Shown: one piece after another, positions 38,195 to 48,304 of the stretch
How the letters are laid out: the number at the start of each line of letters is the position of its first letter
Numbering within the stretch: the stretch's first letter is position 1
IMG/VR virus record: IMGVR_UViG_3300030708_003042
Location: 759-64,758 of that record
Strand: one strand, 5' to 3'
From: a virus
Taxonomy: Duplodnaviria > Caudoviricetes
Length of the DNA stretch: 64,000 nt
The notes under the pieces: generated by a model
Databases searched by the model: none
Seen by the model: the letters and a program-made list of their open reading frames with translations, nothing else
Told to the model about the DNA's origin: nothing
Made by a program: the position numbers and the translations under genes

Positions 38195-39990
38195 TGTCTG
38201 AATTAAGAGTTTCAAGTATTAGATCCAGAACAGGTACTACTCCAAAGGCACCTGATGGTATAAGTGTTAGTGGTGTTGCAACTGCTACTACATTTAATGG
38301 TAATCTGACTGGCAATGCAACAGGTAATGTTACAGGCAATGTAACTGGCAATGTTACTGGTAATATTTCTGGAGCTACTGGAACCTTTAGTGGTAATGTA
38401 TCAATTGGTGGTACATTAACTTATGAAGAAGTATCTGCTGTTGATTCTGTTGGCGTCATAACAGCAAGAGGTGGTATTAGAGTTGGTGCAGGGCAAAGCA
38501 TCTCTGCTGTAAGTGGGATTGTAACCTACTATGGTGATGGATCAAAACTATCTGGTGTAGAATCTGGAGTATTTAATTTTATTGCTAGTGGTAATATTGG
38601 TAATGGTGATACAGTAATTGTTAACACAGATGGAACCGTTAGTGTTGTTGCTGAAACAGTTTCTCCCAATCCAAGTGTTGGAACTCCTGCTGTATTTGAA
38701 TCTGCTTATAGTGAAAATATGGCAGTAGTATATGACTCTACTAATGATAAAGTAGTAATTGCTTATAGAGATAAAGGAGATCCATCACAACGTGGAACAG
38801 CAGTTGTTGGAACCGTATCTGGTACTAGTATTAGTTTTGGCACTCCTGTTGTATTTGAATCTGGTCAATCAGAATTCATTACAGCAACATATGACTCTAC
38901 TAATAGTAAAGTAATTATTGCTTATCAGGATAATGGTGATTCTAACAAAGGAAAGGCTATTGTAGGAACTGTAAGTGGTACTAGTATTAGTTTTGGTTCT
39001 GCTGCTGTATTTGAATCTGGTACTACTACTTATATCTCAGCAACATATGATTCTACTAATGAAAAAGTTGTAGTTATTTACAGGGATAATGATAACTCAT
39101 ATTATGGAACAGCAGCTGTAGGCACTGTTAGTGGTACATCAATTAGTTTTGGTTCTCCTGTTGTATTTTACTCTGGTAGTTTTGATTTTGGTGCAGCAAC
39201 ATTTGATTCCAACAGTAATAAAGTAGTTATTGCTTATAGAGATGGTTCAGACTCTGATCATGGAAAAGCAAGAGTTGGAACTGTAAGTGGAAATAGTATA
39301 AGTTTTGGTTCTGCTGTTGAATATAATGCTGGCAATACTCCATACAACGCACTGATATTTGACTCAACTAATAATAAAGTAGTTCTTGCTTATCGAGATG
39401 TTCCAAACTCTAACTATGGAATAGCAAGAGTTGGAACTGTAAGTGGAAATAGTATAAGTTTTGGTTCTGAAGTAGTATTTGAGTCTGGTGAATCCAATTA
39501 CATTCAAATGAATTATGATTCTACCAATCAAAAAGTACTACTCACTTATAGAGATGAGGATAACTCTGGTAATGGAACATCTGTTGTAGGCACGGTTAGT
39601 GGTACATCAATTAGTTTTGGTACTCCTGTTGTATTTTTTACTGGTGCTCCAAGTTCTCTGGGCGCAGCATATGTTGGCAGTAATAAAATTGTGAATGCTT
39701 ATCCAGATAATACAGATAATAACTATGGAAAAGCAGTTGTTTTTACCTCCAGTAGTGTAAGTACCAACCTTACATCAGAAAACTATATTGGTATTGCAGG
39801 AGAGGCAATCTCTAATGGAGCAACTGGTAAGATTAATATTGCCACTGGAATTAATGAAGGTCAAACAGGACTAACCACGGGTCAAAAATATTATATTCAG
39901 AACAATGGATCTCTTGCTACATCTGCAGGAAGTCCATCAGTGGTAGCAGGTACAGCAATTTCTTCTACAAAAATTATTGTCAAAGGATAA
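38194..39990 (+). CDS. Fibre with 7-repeat beta-propeller head, paralogue A
   Basis: GNVT stalk repeats, seven ~52-aa YDST..KVVIAY.D....G.A.VGTVSG.SISFG repeats. Confidence 0.75.
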   Translation: MSELRVSSIRSRTGTTPKAPDGISVSGVATATTFNGNLTGNATGNVTGNVTGNVTGNISGATGTFSGNVSIGGTLTYEEVSAVDSVGVITARGGIRVGAGQSISAVSGIVTYYGDGSKLSGVESGVFNFIASGNIGNGDTVIVNTDGTVSVVAETVSPNPSVGTPAVFESAYSENMAVVYDSTNDKVVIAYRDKGDPSQRGTAVVGTVSGTSISFGTPVVFESGQSEFITATYDSTNSKVIIAYQDNGDSNKGKAIVGTVSGTSISFGSAAVFESGTTTYISATYDSTNEKVVVIYRDNDNSYYGTAAVGTVSGTSISFGSPVVFYSGSFDFGAATFDSNSNKVVIAYRDGSDSDHGKARVGTVSGNSISFGSAVEYNAGNTPYNALIFDSTNNKVVLAYRDVPNSNYGIARVGTVSGNSISFGSEVVFESGESNYIQMNYDSTNQKVLLTYRDEDNSGNGTSVVGTVSGTSISFGTPVVFFTGAPSSLGAAYVGSNKIVNAYPDNTDNNYGKAVVFTSSSVSTNLTSENYIGIAGEAISNGATGKINIATGINEGQTGLTTGQKYYIQNNGSLATSAGSPSVVAGTAISSTKIIVKG

Positions 39991-41872
39991 TAAATAACTA
40001 AAAATATAAATCCATGTCAGGTTTAAGAGTAAGTAATTTGAGAGGAGTGGCAGGATCTGCTCCTACATTTCCTGATGGTGTTGTTGTCACTGGTGTTTCT
40101 ACTGCTACTACATTTGATGGTAATCTAACTGGTAATGTTACAGGTAATGTAGTTGGAAACGTAACAGGTGATGTTACTGGTAATATTACAGGAACCACTG
40201 GTTCATTTAGTGGTAATGTTTCTGTGGGTGGAACTTTAACATATAATGATGTAACCAATGTTGATTCTATTGGCGTTGTTACTGCAAGAGGTGGTATTAA
40301 AGTTGGCGCAGGACAGAGTATTTCTGCTGTAAGTGGAATAATTACGTATTATGGAGATGGATCTCAACTTCAGGGTGTTGAATCTGGTGTATCTAATTTT
40401 GTAGCAAGTGGCACTATTGCTAATGGTGATACAATCATAATTAACACTGATGGAACAGTCTCTAGTGCAAGCACATCTGCTGTTACCCAATCTGCTGGAG
40501 CAGGATATAGGTCCTCTCCAGGAGGAACTGGTGCATATACTGACTATGCTTATATTGGTAATAATAAAATAGTAGCAGTATATGCTGATGGTAGTAACAA
40601 TCTTTATGGAACAGCAGTTGTAGGAACTATCAATGGTAATACTATTACTTTTGGCACCCCTCAGGTTTTTCATTCACACAGAGCAAACTACACCAGTGTA
40701 GTATATGACTCTGGAAATGATAGGTTTGTAATATCTTTTGGTGATGGAAACCAAGGTGGTGCTACAACTGGAAATGGAAAATCAATAGTCTGCTCTGTAA
40801 ATGGAACAACAATTACCTTTGGAACAACCACACAATTCCATGGAGGAAATACTGCATGGATTGATTCAACTTATGATTCTACTAGTGGTAAAATAGTCAT
40901 TTCTTTTGAAGATGCTTCACAGAATTGGGGAAAGGTATGTATTGGAGAGATAACTGCTGGAACTACAAATATTACTTTTGGGTCTGACACCAAATATCAT
41001 GGAAACAGTAATGTTACCGTCTCTGCAGTGCAATTTGATCCAAGCAGTAACAGAATTTTTGTTGCTTTTCGTAATTGGGGGGATAATAATAATTGTTGGG
41101 GTGTTGTGGGGACAATTAGTGGGACAAGTGTTAGTTTTGGAACTGCAACAGTAACAAACACTACTGCTTTTGGTGACGTCACATCAGCGTATGATCCTAA
41201 CTCACAAAGAATATCAATAGCATACTATGATGCAAGAGACAATGATATTGGCAAATCATATACTGTTTCAATAAACCCCTCTAATAATACATACTCAGCT
41301 AGTTCTACAACTACTTTTTCAAGCTCTGTTCTTTTAGGAACTAGACACGTTTATGATACTCTTGCTCAAAAATATGTAGTATTTTATAGGGATAGAACTG
41401 CACAAAAAGCGTATGCAAAAGCAGGAACTTATAATAGTAGTGACAATACCATAACATGGGAGAGCACTCAAACATTAGTTTTAAATGAGGATGTGAACCC
41501 TCAAACTGCTACTTATGACACAGACAACAATAAACCAATTGTTGGTATCAGTAGTGCTAGTAGTATTGTATATGCACACGTGTTTACAACTGGTAGAATA
41601 GGGACTAATCTTACAGCAACCAACTACATTGGTATTGCAGGAGAGGCAATTTCTAATGGAGCAACTGGTAAGGTTACTATTTTTGGTGGAACTAATTCAG
41701 GACAAACTGGTCTTACAACAGCTCAAACATACTATGTCCAAACTGATGGATCATTATCAACAACAGCAGGTAATCCATCTGTAGTTGCTGGTACTTCTAT
41801 CTCCTCCACAAAAATCCTAGTTAAAGCATAATAAATAATTAAAAATATAAATCCATGTCAGGTTTAAGAGTA
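39991..41872 (+). repeat. 41 bp direct repeat (40/41) covering late promoter plus gene start (39991-40031, 41832-41872)
   Basis: Base-by-base comparison. Confidence 0.9.
40014..41831 (+). CDS. Fibre with 7-repeat beta-propeller head, paralogue B
   Basis: Same N- and C-termini as A; seven diverged repeats. Confidence 0.75.
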   Translation: MSGLRVSNLRGVAGSAPTFPDGVVVTGVSTATTFDGNLTGNVTGNVVGNVTGDVTGNITGTTGSFSGNVSVGGTLTYNDVTNVDSIGVVTARGGIKVGAGQSISAVSGIITYYGDGSQLQGVESGVSNFVASGTIANGDTIIINTDGTVSSASTSAVTQSAGAGYRSSPGGTGAYTDYAYIGNNKIVAVYADGSNNLYGTAVVGTINGNTITFGTPQVFHSHRANYTSVVYDSGNDRFVISFGDGNQGGATTGNGKSIVCSVNGTTITFGTTTQFHGGNTAWIDSTYDSTSGKIVISFEDASQNWGKVCIGEITAGTTNITFGSDTKYHGNSNVTVSAVQFDPSSNRIFVAFRNWGDNNNCWGVVGTISGTSVSFGTATVTNTTAFGDVTSAYDPNSQRISIAYYDARDNDIGKSYTVSINPSNNTYSASSTTTFSSSVLLGTRHVYDTLAQKYVVFYRDRTAQKAYAKAGTYNSSDNTITWESTQTLVLNEDVNPQTATYDTDNNKPIVGISSASSIVYAHVFTTGRIGTNLTATNYIGIAGEAISNGATGKVTIFGGTNSGQTGLTTAQTYYVQTDGSLSTTAGNPSVVAGTSISSTKILVKA

Positions 41873-43636
41873 GATAATTTAAAAGGGACTCCCACATTTC
41901 CTGATGGTGTTGTTGTTACTGGTGATGTATCATCCACAAGTTTTAGTGGCAATCTGACAGGTAATGTAACTGGAATAGTAACTGGTAATGTCACTGGTAA
42001 TGTCACTGGTAATATTGCAGGAACTACAGGATCATTCAGTGGTAATGTATCAGTTGGTGGCACTTTAACATATGGTGATGTAACCAATGTTGATTCTGTT
42101 GGTGTCATAACAGCAAGAGGTGGAATTAAAATTGGTGCAGGACAAAGTGTTAGTGCAGTAAGCGGAATAATCACATATTACGGGGACGGATCACAACTTG
42201 GTGGCATTGAATCTGGTTTTTCTAACTTTGTAGCAAGTGGAACTATTCCTAATGGTGCAAATGTGGTTGTCAACACAGACGGAACTGTTAGTGTCATAAC
42301 TCAAACAGGTTCTGCTGATCCAAGTGTTGGTACTCCTGTTGTATTTCAATCTTCTGCAACTTATTACACTGGAGCAACATATGACTCTACTAATGGTAAA
42401 GTTGTGCTTGTTTATAGAGATGCTGGAGCTAGTAGGGGAAAAGCAATTGTAGGGACTGTATCTGGCACTAGTATTAGTTTTGGTTCTGCTGTTGAATTTC
42501 ACTCTTCTGCGTCACAAGACAATCAAGTAGAATTTGTTGGTAGTGGTAAAGTAGTTGTTGCTTATCAGGAAGGTGGAAGCCCGTACTATGGAAAAGCAAG
42601 AGTTGGAACCATATCTGGTAATTCAATTAGTTTTGGCACTGAAGTCACATTTGAATCTGGTAATACTACAAATATAGGAATGGCATATGACTCCTCCAAT
42701 GATAGGATAGTCATTGCTTATAGGGACGGCGGAAATTCAAGTTATGGAACAGCAGTTGTTGGAACCGTATCTGGTACTAGTATTAGTTTTGGCACTCCTG
42801 TTGTATTTGAATCTGCTGGTATATATTATGCCTCAGCAACATATGACTCTGCTAATGGTAAGGTAGTTATTGCTTATAGAGATACTGGAAATTCTGATTA
42901 TGGAACAGCGATTGTAGGAACTGTAAGTGGAACTAGTATTAGTTTTGGTTCTGCTGCTGTATTTGAATCTGGACAGGCTAATTACATAACATCAACATAT
43001 GACTCTACCAATCAAAAAGTAATAATTGCATATGGTGATTGGGGAAACAACTCTGGTGCTGGAACAGCAGTTGTAGGAACTGTATCAGGCACTTCAATAA
43101 GTTTTGGTACTCCTGTTGTATATGAGACTTCTCAATCTGCTTTTAATGCAGCAGTATATGACTCTGCCAAGAAAAAAGTAGTTATTGCTTTTAGGGATAA
43201 TAATAACTCTTCTTATGGAACAGCAATTGTAGGAACTGTATCTGGTGACTCAATTAGTTTTGGCACTCCTGTTGTATTTGAATCTGCACAGTCTAATTAC
43301 CAGGTAGCAGCATATGATTCCACTAATGAAAAAGTAGTTATTGCTTATTATGATGCTGGAAACTCTGATTATGGAACAGCAGTAGTCTTTAGTTCTAATA
43401 CTTTAGTAACCAACTTAACTGCAAGCAACTATATTGGTATTGCAGCAGAAGCAATTTCTAATGGAGCAACTGGTAAGGTTAATGTTGCTGGTGGAGTCAA
43501 TTCAGGACAAACTGGTCTTACAACAGCCAGAACATATTATGTTCAAGGAGATGGATCTCTTGGCACATCTGCGGGTGATCCATCTGTAGTTGCTGGCACT
43601 TCTATCTCTAGTACACAAATCATTGTCAAGGGATAA
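41855..43636 (+). CDS. Fibre with 7-repeat beta-propeller head, paralogue C
   Basis: Same architecture; repeats close to A at the DNA level. Confidence 0.75.
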   Translation: MSGLRVDNLKGTPTFPDGVVVTGDVSSTSFSGNLTGNVTGIVTGNVTGNVTGNIAGTTGSFSGNVSVGGTLTYGDVTNVDSVGVITARGGIKIGAGQSVSAVSGIITYYGDGSQLGGIESGFSNFVASGTIPNGANVVVNTDGTVSVITQTGSADPSVGTPVVFQSSATYYTGATYDSTNGKVVLVYRDAGASRGKAIVGTVSGTSISFGSAVEFHSSASQDNQVEFVGSGKVVVAYQEGGSPYYGKARVGTISGNSISFGTEVTFESGNTTNIGMAYDSSNDRIVIAYRDGGNSSYGTAVVGTVSGTSISFGTPVVFESAGIYYASATYDSANGKVVIAYRDTGNSDYGTAIVGTVSGTSISFGSAAVFESGQANYITSTYDSTNQKVIIAYGDWGNNSGAGTAVVGTVSGTSISFGTPVVYETSQSAFNAAVYDSAKKKVVIAFRDNNNSSYGTAIVGTVSGDSISFGTPVVFESAQSNYQVAAYDSTNEKVVIAYYDAGNSDYGTAVVFSSNTLVTNLTASNYIGIAAEAISNGATGKVNVAGGVNSGQTGLTTARTYYVQGDGSLGTSAGDPSVVAGTSISSTQIIVKG

Positions 43637-43663
43637 TACATAAATAACTAAAAAATTCTAGAA

Positions 43664-44386
43664 ATGTCAAGAATAAGGGCTAATAGATTTACAAACAAAT
43701 CAGGAAATGGTGCTCCTCTGTTTACAGATGGTGTAAATGTAGTTGGTCTCACCAGTCTTTCCAATGTTACTGCAGGTGTTTCTACAGTTACAACTTTAAA
43801 TGCTTCTTCTGGATCTTTTACTGGTAATGTTACAGCTACTGGTAATGTTACAGCTGATAATGTTGCAGGAACCACTGGTACTTTTAGTGGCAATGTATCT
43901 ATTGGTGGAACATTAACGTATGAAGATGTCACCAATGTAGATTCTGTTGGTATTGTTACTGCAAGGGGTGGATTAACCACTCAAAAACTGCTGAAAGAAG
44001 AAGTAAATGTAGTTGCAAATAAATTAAGTGCTGCTCCAAACATCTATCTTGAGAATGGATGTGTTCATATATTTACGACTACTGAAACAACCACATCAAC
44101 ACCTGCCATTAAATATAATGCATCCACAAACCTAAAAGACAAGATGTCTGTGGGTGAGTCAGTAGTAGTGACACTTATCACCACTGCTGCTGCGGGTGCT
44201 TATTCTGAGCACATTACTATTGATGGTGATGCAGTAACAGAGAATTGGATAGGTGGTAGTGCTCCAACTGCTGGAGGAAGTTCTGGTGTAGATATTCACA
44301 CCTTTACCATCATTAAGGTTGCATCATCTGGTACAACTGATCAACAATTAACTGTCATTGCTAATCATAGTAAGACTTCTGTTTGA
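43664..44386 (+). CDS. Fibre stalk/adapter protein (pair with 44399)
   Basis: TLTYEDVTNVDSVG motif; NWIGGSAP..GGSSGVDI.TFTIIK C-domain. Confidence 0.7.
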   Translation: MSRIRANRFTNKSGNGAPLFTDGVNVVGLTSLSNVTAGVSTVTTLNASSGSFTGNVTATGNVTADNVAGTTGTFSGNVSIGGTLTYEDVTNVDSVGIVTARGGLTTQKLLKEEVNVVANKLSAAPNIYLENGCVHIFTTTETTTSTPAIKYNASTNLKDKMSVGESVVVTLITTAAAGAYSEHITIDGDAVTENWIGGSAPTAGGSSGVDIHTFTIIKVASSGTTDQQLTVIANHSKTSV

Positions 44387-44398
44387 TAGGAGAATATA

Positions 44399-46441
44399 AT
44401 GTTAGATTTATTTGCAAAAAAAGAAGCACCCATTCAAGGCATGATGGGATTGGGTGGTGGTGTTCCAAGTAGATTATTAACTCTTGCTTCTGGTGAGATT
44501 ACATATGTTGACGACGTGTTCAGCACGTTTTTGTGGGAAGGAGATGGTGGATATAACCTGAGCCCAGCAGCAGCAACAGTTACCGTTGACAATGGCATTG
44601 ACTTGTCAGGCGAAGGCGGCTTAGTTTGGCTCAAGAACAGAGATGACTCTTACAAACATTGGTTGTTTGATACTGAACGTGGCGGCCAATATGCTTTGAG
44701 TTCTAATGCCAGCAGCGCACAACAGGATGGTGCCGCTACAAACAGAGATTTAACTTTTAATTCTACTGGTTTTGTAATTGGTGAAGATGATAGTGGCGGC
44801 GGATTAAATAGGCGAGGGGAAGATCATGCCTCTTGGACCTTCCGCAAATGCCGTGGATTCTTTGATGTAGTTACTTACACATCTCAAAGTGGTGTCACTG
44901 CGATTAACCATAATCTAGGTTCTGTTCCTGGATGCATCATGGTTAAAAAATTGAATGGTAGTGCATCTTGGCAAGTCTATCATCGTTCTTCAGGTGCAGG
45001 TAAAGAATTTGAACTGGATGGTACTGACCGTGAACGTACAAACGGGGCTTTCCCTTCAACACCTACTTCTACACAGTTTTTCATTAACGCTGCTAATAAT
45101 AATGTTTTTGGAACTGTAGGAGATCAATTTGTTGCATATCTTTTTGCACACAATGATGGTTCATTTGGTGAAGATTCAGATGAGGCAGTCATTAAGTGTG
45201 ACAGTTATACTGGGACACAATCAGAAGATACTGAAATTAATGTTGGGTTTGAACCTCAGTGGATTCTTATTAAAAACGCTTCATCCAATTCTACTGACTG
45301 GGTTGTAGTTGATACAATGAGAGGACTTCCAGTTGGATCAGATAGCGAAGTTCTGAAAGCAAATAGTTCTGGTACTCCTTCATCATATAGAGCTGCAGCG
45401 TTAACGCCAACAGGATTTAAGTTGGGGCAAGGAGTTACTAGCGTTAACAGATCTGGAGATACATACATCTACATGGCAATTCGTCGTCCCCATAAACCAC
45501 CCGAAGCAGGAACTGAGGTGTTTAAACCGTTCAGCCTTTCCGCTGGTGAAGGTCAAGATACTTTTATCTCTACGGGTTTTGATGTTGACACTTTTATTTA
45601 CGCTAAAAAAGGTAACGGTCTTTTTATTTTTGGCGACAGACTGAGAGGGAAAAAAGGCGGTGGAGATTTGCGATCAGATAATAACAGCGTTGAAGACACA
45701 AATACAGGTTCGTTTTTCTTAGATCAGAGTCGTGGAGCAAAGGTTGATTATTCAGGTGGACATAATTACAGTGCTCCTGCTGCAACAGATGAATCTTATG
45801 TCCGTTATTTTCTACGCCGTGCTCCTGGATTTTTTGATGTTGTGACTTACAGTGGCTCAAATTCTGCACAAAATATCTCACACAATCTTGGTTCCAAACC
45901 TGCACTGATTATCTGTAAGAGAAGAAATTCAACTGGTAATTGGCAAGTTTATGCAGATGTTCCAGCAGGGGGTGCTACAAAATATATGATGCTGGATGAT
46001 ACTGGAATTTTTAACACTAACAGTAATCGTTGGAATAATACTGAACCAACAGCAACACAGTTTACGGTTGGTACTTACTCTGATTTAAATACAAGTGGTG
46101 GTACATACATTGCATATCTCTTTGGCAATTTGGATGGAATATGTAAAATAGGACAATACACCGGAACTGGTAATGATATAACCATTGATTGTGGTTTTAA
46201 TCCAAGATTTATTATGATAAAACAATGCACTGGTCAGGGTGATGGTTGGTATGTAATTGATTCCGCTCGTGGAATTAATGCTGGTAATGATCCTTGGCTT
46301 AGATTTAATCAGGCTTATCAAGAAATAACAAACACAGATATTGTGGATCCAACCTCAGGTGGATTTATTGTTCAAGCAGGGGGTGGTTCGCGTGTTAATG
46401 ATGCAGATGGACGTAAGTACTTGTATTGGGCTATTGCATAA
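44399..46441 (+). CDS. Adhesin/tip protein with tandem duplicated domain
   Basis: KKEAPI..GLGGG N-terminal tag; repeated PGFFDVVTY.G...HNLG..P..I..K motifs; ends YLYWAIA. Confidence 0.7.
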   Translation: MLDLFAKKEAPIQGMMGLGGGVPSRLLTLASGEITYVDDVFSTFLWEGDGGYNLSPAAATVTVDNGIDLSGEGGLVWLKNRDDSYKHWLFDTERGGQYALSSNASSAQQDGAATNRDLTFNSTGFVIGEDDSGGGLNRRGEDHASWTFRKCRGFFDVVTYTSQSGVTAINHNLGSVPGCIMVKKLNGSASWQVYHRSSGAGKEFELDGTDRERTNGAFPSTPTSTQFFINAANNNVFGTVGDQFVAYLFAHNDGSFGEDSDEAVIKCDSYTGTQSEDTEINVGFEPQWILIKNASSNSTDWVVVDTMRGLPVGSDSEVLKANSSGTPSSYRAAALTPTGFKLGQGVTSVNRSGDTYIYMAIRRPHKPPEAGTEVFKPFSLSAGEGQDTFISTGFDVDTFIYAKKGNGLFIFGDRLRGKKGGGDLRSDNNSVEDTNTGSFFLDQSRGAKVDYSGGHNYSAPAATDESYVRYFLRRAPGFFDVVTYSGSNSAQNISHNLGSKPALIICKRRNSTGNWQVYADVPAGGATKYMMLDDTGIFNTNSNRWNNTEPTATQFTVGTYSDLNTSGGTYIAYLFGNLDGICKIGQYTGTGNDITIDCGFNPRFIMIKQCTGQGDGWYVIDSARGINAGNDPWLRFNQAYQEITNTDIVDPTSGGFIVQAGGGSRVNDADGRKYLYWAIA

Positions 46442-48304
46442 AAGCATAAATAACTAAAAAGTAGATAAGATGTCAAAGTTACAAGTTGACAATATTGTTA
46501 ATAAGGCAGACAATGGTGCCCCCACTCTTTCAAGGGGTGCTATTGTTACTGGTGTTGCCACTGCCACCACATTTAATGGTAACTTGATTGGTAATGTAAC
46601 TGGCACTGCAACTACTGCAACCACTGCCACCACTGCTACTAATGCGCAGGGATTAACTGGAACACCAAACATCTCAGTAGGTACAATTTCAGCAAGTGGT
46701 AGTGTCTCTATTGGTGGTACACTGACATATGAAGATGTAACTAATGTTGACTCTGTTGGTATTGTCACAACAAGAGGTGGTCTGACCACCCAAAAGATGC
46801 TGAAGGAAGAATTTAATACTACTGCTGGTAAGTTAAGTGCTAACTTAAATATTGACTTATCAAATGGGATGGTGCATTTATTCACCACTCAAGAAGATGC
46901 AACCTCAGTTCCAAATATCAGATATAGTTCATCAGAATCACTGAACTCAAGAATGGCAGTTGGTGAGACTGTATCTGTTACAATAATTACCACTGCTGCT
47001 GCAGGTGGTTATTCAACTGGTATTACTATTGATGGTAATGCTAATGGACAGAACTCATATACTCTCTCTACTAATTGGACTGGTGGAGCTGCACCTGCTG
47101 CAGGTGGTGCAAGTGGTGTAGACATTTATGCATATGGTATCATGAAGACTGCTGATAAAACATTTACAATTATTGCAAGTCAAACAAAGACATCTGCTTG
47201 AGGGGGATAAGTGATGAAAGAACATCATAAGAAAGAATCTCCAATTATCTCCTTGCTTGGATTTGGTGGAGGTGGGACTGGCACTGCTTTTGGTGGTGTT
47301 GCTGGAGGTCCAAAAACATATGTTGATGATGTTTTTGCACCATATGTTTATACTGGTGACAATAGTGTAGCTACACAAACATTCAACACCGGACTTGATA
47401 TGTCTGGTGAAGGTGGTATGATATGGTTTAAAAGTAGAAGCAATTCTCAAGCAGCTCGTATTCTTGACACAGTTCGTGGTGCAAATGAATCTTTGATTCC
47501 ACACAGCGACACAGACAGCGGCGGTTTAGGTGCAGATGGATTGACCTTTTTAAGTAATGGATTTTCTCTTGGTTGGACTGGAGGTGACCTTGATGCTCCA
47601 AATGATTATATTTCTTGGTCATTTCGTAAAGCACCAGGGTTCTTTGATATAGTTACTTGGACCGGCAATGGAGTTGATGAGCGTTTAATCCCCCATAATC
47701 TAGGTTCAACACCAGGGATGATTGTGGTTAAATGCACAAGTAATAATGAAAATTGGATTGTATGGCACAGAAATATAGCTACAACCAGTTACTTACAATT
47801 AAATACAACTAATTCCCTTTTAACTGGAATTAAACCTTGGGGGACTAATACTCAGACAATTAACAGCACTCATTTTAGTGTTAATAATTATGGAAGTGTG
47901 AATAGTAATGGAAGAACATATGTTGCTTATGTCTTTGCTCATGATGATCAACAGTTTGGCACTGGTGGTAATGAAAGTATTATTGAGTGTGGACAATACA
48001 CAGGATCTGGATCAGTTGGAAAGACTGTCAATTTGGGTTTTGAACCCCAATTTGTTATGGTTAAAAGCACACAGCAATCAAGACCCTGGGTGATGATTGA
48101 TACCGTTCGTGGTATGCCCAGAGATGGAGATGGAGTTCGTTTACTTGCAAATGATAGTGCTGGAGATGTTACATCAGCAAGTTTTTTAGCACCAACTCCC
48201 ACAGGATTTGAGGTTACTCAACAAAACACTTATGTAAACACCTCAGGTGAAAACTACATCTACATGGCAATTCGTCGCCCCAATAAACCACCTGAAGCAG
48301 GAAC
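45464..48304 (+). repeat. 50 bp repeat (47/50) at the inter-domain hinge of adhesins 44399 and 47211 (45464-45513, 48255-48304)
   Basis: Base-by-base comparison. Confidence 0.85.
46470..47201 (+). CDS. Fibre stalk/adapter protein (pair with 47211)
   Basis: Paralogue of 43664. Confidence 0.7.
   Translation: MSKLQVDNIVNKADNGAPTLSRGAIVTGVATATTFNGNLIGNVTGTATTATTATTATNAQGLTGTPNISVGTISASGSVSIGGTLTYEDVTNVDSVGIVTTRGGLTTQKMLKEEFNTTAGKLSANLNIDLSNGMVHLFTTQEDATSVPNIRYSSSESLNSRMAVGETVSVTIITTAAAGGYSTGITIDGNANGQNSYTLSTNWTGGAAPAAGGASGVDIYAYGIMKTADKTFTIIASQTKTSA

Larger units (their letters stand above)
38793..42815 (+). repeat. 71 bp exact direct repeat (38793-38863 = 42745-42815) between propeller genes A and C
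   Basis: Base-by-base comparison. Confidence 0.9.

Noticed and set aside
38690-43380. CRISPR-like array from ~156 bp periodic repeats
   Set aside because: The repeats are in-frame protein repeats inside long ORFs; no cas genes or leader
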